A stretch of DNA of 64,000 nucleotides, taken from assembly GCA_902512065.1 (NCBI GenBank), contig CABXHU010000002.1, forward strand, positions 88,035 to 152,034. The letters are read 5' to 3'. The notes under the pieces are model-generated. The model was given only the letters and a program-made list of their open reading frames with translations. It was not told the DNA's origin and searched no databases. Of the stretch, positions 60,294 through 64,000 are shown piece by piece (the stretch's first letter is position 1; the number at the start of each line of letters is the position of its first letter). The position numbers were made by a program, and so were the translations under genes. This stretch comes from an uncultured Bacteroidota bacterium. Its GTDB lineage: Bacteria; Bacteroidota; Bacteroidia; Flavobacteriales; Flavobacteriaceae.

Positions 60294-60599
60294 ATGAGTC
60301 AAAAAATTAGAATAAAACTTAAATCATATGATCATAATCTAGTAGATAATTCTGCTGAGAAGATTGTAAAGACTGTTAAAAGTACAGGAGCTATAGTTAA
60401 TGGACCAATTCCATTACCTACTCACAAGAAACTATTTACAGTGTTAAGATCACCTCATGTGAATAAAAAATCTAGAGAACAATTTCAGTTGAGCTCATAT
60501 AAAAGATTGCTTGATATATATAGCACATCTTCAAAAACTATTGATGCATTGATGAAGTTGGAATTGCCGAGCGGTGTTGAAGTTGAGATTAAAGTATAA
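60294..60599 (+). CDS. rpsJ: 30S ribosomal protein S10
   Basis: [15 protein letters not shown] and [14 protein letters not shown] motifs. Confidence 0.95.
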   Translation: MSQKIRIKLKSYDHNLVDNSAEKIVKTVKSTGAIVNGPIPLPTHKKLFTVLRSPHVNKKSREQFQLSSYKRLLDIYSTSSKTIDALMKLELPSGVEVEIKV

Positions 60600-60733
60600 T
60601 AATAAAATCAGAACTTGTTCTGATGACATGTCCGGAGCGTTTCGCAAAGGAAAGATGGTAAAAAAATAATTTAAGGGTTGAATTATTTTTGACCCTAAAT
60701 TTTTAAAATAAAGTTGAATATAAATAAAATATT

Positions 60734-61351
60734 ATGTCTGGGTTAATAGGAAAAAAAATAGGAATGACCAGCATTTTTGATGACAGTGGAAAGAATTTTC
60801 CATGCACTGTTATTGAGGCTGGCCCTTGTATTGTTACCCAAGTCAGAACTGAGGAAGTTGACGGTTATAAAGCTCTTCAATTAGGTTTCGATGACAAGAC
60901 AGAGAAAAATGCTGTAAAAGCAGAACAAGGTCATTTTAAAAAGGCTGGATCTACTGTTAAGAAAAAAGTCGTTGAATTTCAAGGTTATGATAAGGAATAC
61001 AAAATTGGTGACAGTATTAAAGTAGACCATTTTGAAGAAGGTGAATTTGTTGATGTTTCTGGAATTTCAAAAGGTAAAGGATTTCAGGGTGTTGTAAAAA
61101 GACATGGCTTTGCTGGTGTTGGACAAGCAACACATGGTCAACACAATAGATTAAGAGCCCCTGGATCAATTGGAGCGGCCTCTTATCCAGCTAGAGTATT
61201 TAAAGGAATGAAGATGGCTGGAAGAATGGGTGGAGAAAAGGTAAAAGTTATGAATTTAAGAGTTTTAAAGGTTATCCCTGAAAAGAATTTGTTAGTGCTT
61301 AAAGGATGTGTTCCTGGACATAAAAACTCTTATTTAACTATAGAGAAATAA
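60734..61351 (+). CDS. rplC: 50S ribosomal protein L3
   Basis: [13 protein letters not shown] and [13 protein letters not shown] motifs. Confidence 0.95.
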   Translation: MSGLIGKKIGMTSIFDDSGKNFPCTVIEAGPCIVTQVRTEEVDGYKALQLGFDDKTEKNAVKAEQGHFKKAGSTVKKKVVEFQGYDKEYKIGDSIKVDHFEEGEFVDVSGISKGKGFQGVVKRHGFAGVGQATHGQHNRLRAPGSIGAASYPARVFKGMKMAGRMGGEKVKVMNLRVLKVIPEKNLLVLKGCVPGHKNSYLTIEK

Positions 61352-61980
61352 TGAAAGTAGCAGTATTAGATTATAAAGGCAAGGACACTGGAAGAAAGGT
61401 AGAGCTTTCAAAGGATATTTTTGAAATAGACCCTAATGATCATGCATTATATTTAGACGTTAAACAATATCTTGCAAATCAGCGTCAAGGTACTCATAAA
61501 TCAAAGCAAAGGGCTGAGATTACTGGTAGTACAAGAAAGATTAAGAAACAAAAAGGTACAGGTACTGCTAGAGCTGGTAGTATAAAATCAGGTGTTTTTA
61601 GAGGTGGTGGAAGAATTTTTGGACCTCAACCTAGAGATTATGATTCAAAATTGAATAAAAAACTTAAAAGATTAGCTAGAAAATCTGCTTTAACAATTAA
61701 GGCAAAAGATAAAGCGATAACAGTTGTTGAAGATTTTGAATTTGATTCTATAAAAACAAAAAGTTTTATATCTGTTATTAAAGCACTTAAACTAGAAGAT
61801 AAAAAATCTTTGTTTGTGTTTGGAGCACCAAATAATAATGTATATTTGTCCTCGCGAAATTTAAAGGGCTCAGATGTTGTAATATACTCAGAATTAAGCA
61901 CTTACAATATTTTAAATGCAAATCAATTAGTGCTTTTAGAGAGTTCGTTAAATGAGATAAAGACTAATTTAAGTAAATAA
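61351..61980 (+). CDS. rplD: 50S ribosomal protein L4
   Basis: [13 protein letters not shown] motif, plus position in the S10 operon. Confidence 0.93.
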   Translation: MKVAVLDYKGKDTGRKVELSKDIFEIDPNDHALYLDVKQYLANQRQGTHKSKQRAEITGSTRKIKKQKGTGTARAGSIKSGVFRGGGRIFGPQPRDYDSKLNKKLKRLARKSALTIKAKDKAITVVEDFEFDSIKTKSFISVIKALKLEDKKSLFVFGAPNNNVYLSSRNLKGSDVVIYSELSTYNILNANQLVLLESSLNEIKTNLSK

Positions 61981-61987
61981 GAAGGAA

Positions 61988-62278
61988 ATGAGTATTTTGA
62001 TTAAACCAATAATAACAGAGAAAGCTAATAACGATAGTGAATTAAACAATCGTTATACCTTTCAAGTTGAAAAAAATGCTAACAAAGTTCAAATTAAAGA
62101 GGCTGTTGAGTCTGCATATGGAGTTAAGGTTCTTAAAGTAAGAACTATTAATGTCCGTTCAGATAGAAGAATGAGATATACAAAGGCAGGAATTCAATTT
62201 GGTAAATCAAATGCAATAAAAAAGGCAATTATTCAATTGGCTGAAGGTGAATCGATTGATTTATATGCAAATGCTTAA
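61988..62278 (+). CDS. rplW: 50S ribosomal protein L23
   Basis: IKPIITEKA start, 96 aa, and operon position. Confidence 0.92.
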   Translation: MSILIKPIITEKANNDSELNNRYTFQVEKNANKVQIKEAVESAYGVKVLKVRTINVRSDRRMRYTKAGIQFGKSNAIKKAIIQLAEGESIDLYANA

Positions 62279-62290
62279 AAATAAATAGTA

Positions 62291-63115
62291 ATGTCAGTAA
62301 GAAAATTAAAACCAATAACACCAGGACAACGCTTTAGAGTAGTAAATGAGTATGATGCTATTACTACTTCTAAGCCAGAGAAGTCATTGTTAGTTCCCTT
62401 AAAAAGAACTGGGGGACGAAACAATCAGGGTAGGATGACAATGCGTTACAAAGGTGGTGGTCATAAGAAAAGATATAGAGTTATTGACTTTAAAAGAGAC
62501 AAACATGGTATTTCAGCTGAAGTAATGTCTATAGAATATGATCCTAATAGATCGGCTTTTATAGCATTATTGAAATATGATGATAATGAGAAAAGATATA
62601 TAATTGCTCAAAAGGGATTAAAAATTGGTCAAAAGATAATCTCTGGAGAAGATGCATCTCCAGTAGTTGGGAATGCAATGCCTCTTTCTAAAATTCCTTT
62701 AGGTACAATCATTTCTTGTATTGAATTAAGACCTGATAAAGGTGCTTCAATGGCTAGAAGTGCAGGTTCTTTTGCTCAGTTAATGGCTAGAGAAGGAAAA
62801 TTCGCAACAATTAAATTACCATCAGGAGAAACAAGAATGGTTTTATCTAATTGTTACGCTACAATTGGTGTAGTATCAAATTCTGATCATCAGCTTGTAG
62901 TTTCTGGTAAAGCTGGAAGAAAAAGATGGCTAGGAATTAGGCCCAGAACTAGACCTGTAGCAATGAATCCAGTTGATCATCCAATGGGTGGTGGTGAAGG
63001 AAGAGCTTCTGGTGGTCATCCTAGATCTAGAAAAGGAATTCCTGCAAAAGGATATAGAACAAGATCTAAATCTAAGGAGAGTAATAAGTATATTATTGAA
63101 AGAAGAAATAAATAA
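62291..63115 (+). CDS. rplB: 50S ribosomal protein L2
   Basis: [15 protein letters not shown] and [13 protein letters not shown] motifs. Confidence 0.96.
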   Translation: MSVRKLKPITPGQRFRVVNEYDAITTSKPEKSLLVPLKRTGGRNNQGRMTMRYKGGGHKKRYRVIDFKRDKHGISAEVMSIEYDPNRSAFIALLKYDDNEKRYIIAQKGLKIGQKIISGEDASPVVGNAMPLSKIPLGTIISCIELRPDKGASMARSAGSFAQLMAREGKFATIKLPSGETRMVLSNCYATIGVVSNSDHQLVVSGKAGRKRWLGIRPRTRPVAMNPVDHPMGGGEGRASGGHPRSRKGIPAKGYRTRSKSKESNKYIIERRNK

Positions 63116-63120
63116 AAATT

Positions 63121-63399
63121 ATGTCTAGATCATTAAAAAAAGGACCATATGTTCATTATAAACTGAACAGAAAAGTGGAAAAAAACATTGAGGGAAACAA
63201 GAAAAGTGTAATCAAAACATGGTCAAGGGCTAGCATGATTACACCAGACTTTGTAGGTCAGACAATAGCTGTTCATAATGGGAAACAGTTTATTCCTGTG
63301 TATATAACTGAAAATATGGTAGGACATAAATTAGGTGAATTTTCTCCGACAAGATCTTTTAGAGGTCATGCTGGAGCAAGAAATAAAGGTAATAAGTAA
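63121..63399 (+). CDS. rpsS: 30S ribosomal protein S19
   Basis: [10 protein letters not shown] and [24 protein letters not shown] motifs. Confidence 0.96.
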   Translation: MSRSLKKGPYVHYKLNRKVEKNIEGNKKSVIKTWSRASMITPDFVGQTIAVHNGKQFIPVYITENMVGHKLGEFSPTRSFRGHAGARNKGNK

Positions 63400-63402
63400 A
63401 CT

Positions 63403-63816
63403 ATGGGAAGTCGTAAAACTAAAATGGCGGAAAATATTAAAGAAAGCAAGAAAAATTTGGTTGTTGCCAAATTAAAAAATTGCCCTACATCTCCTAGAAA
63501 AATGCGTGTAGTTGCGGATTTAGTTAGAGGTAAAGAAGTAGATAAAGCACTTAATATTTTTAGATTTAGTGAAAAGGAAGCTTCAAGAAGATTAGAAAAA
63601 TTATTATTATCTGCAATTTCAAATTGGCAGAATAAAAATGAAGATTCTAATGTAGAAGATGCTGGATTGTTTATTTCTGAGATAAAGGTTGATAGCGGCT
63701 CTATGCTAAAGAGATTAAGAACTGCTCCTCAGGGGAGAGCGCATAGAATAAGAAAGAGATCTAATCATGTTACGATAGTATTAGATTCAAAAAATAATGA
63801 TGTTCAAACTAATTAA
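63403..63816 (+). CDS. rplV: 50S ribosomal protein L22
   Basis: [15 protein letters not shown] and [17 protein letters not shown] motifs. Confidence 0.94.
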   Translation: MGSRKTKMAENIKESKKNLVVAKLKNCPTSPRKMRVVADLVRGKEVDKALNIFRFSEKEASRRLEKLLLSAISNWQNKNEDSNVEDAGLFISEIKVDSGSMLKRLRTAPQGRAHRIRKRSNHVTIVLDSKNNDVQTN

Positions 63817-63820
63817 TTAA

Positions 63821-64000
63821 ATGGGACAAAAGACAAATCCAATAGGGAACAGATTAGGAATAATTAGAGGATGGGAATCTAACTGGTATGGTGGAAATGA
63901 TTATGGAGATAAGCTAGCTGAAGATGAAAAAGTCAGAAAATATATTTATGCTCGTTTAGCCAAGGCTAGTATCTCTAGAGTTATTATTGAAAGAACACTA
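63821..64000 (+). CDS. rpsC: 30S ribosomal protein S3 (5' part, truncated by the window end)
   Basis: [25 protein letters not shown] is the canonical S3 N-terminus. It runs off the window after 60 codons. Confidence 0.93.
   Translation, partial: MGQKTNPIGNRLGIIRGWESNWYGGNDYGDKLAEDEKVRKYIYARLAKASISRVIIERTL

Overview
Low-GC chromosomal window, about 20-30% GC in spot counts of ordinary genes. It is clearly Bacteroidota and Flavobacteriia-like, based on the gldK-gldL-gldM-gldN gliding/T9SS core, a SusC/SusD pair, TAnnTTTG -7 promoter boxes and many lipoproteins. Most of the window is core housekeeping: topA, era, der, alaS, gcvP, purEK, adk, obg, mpl, rlmB, and the str/S10 ribosomal operons from rpsL to rpsC. 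The accessory content sits at the left edge (1-~6300). This looks like the right-hand part of an integrated mobile element carrying a long tyrosine integrase, a small serine recombinase and a convergent two-gene cargo. The cargo is a 370-aa GT-B-like protein and a 729-aa protein that fuses a ParB/Srx-like N-domain (GHRRW arginine patch) to a DUF4338-like (Druantia DruA-type) C-domain. Three copies of an 18-bp palindromic motif (AGTTCGG-N4-CCGAACT) punctuate this element. I consider it the best candidate for an undescribed system, either defence, DNA modification or element maintenance. Other observations worth a second look are an arginase-fold protein upstream of gldK with degenerate metal-ligand motifs and a ~65-aa hyper-acidic DPF-repeat insertion in GldN. 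There is also a 49-bp direct repeat starting in the 3' end of tRNA-fMet that brackets a single membrane-protein gene. Two tandem secreted paralogs are wedged between era and der. A CAZyme-less SusC/SusD/lipoprotein block is markedly more GC-rich than its flanks. The rpsJ-rplC spacer is structured. No CRISPR arrays, rRNA genes or obvious riboswitches were seen. All domain calls come from reading motifs by eye, and no database search was run.
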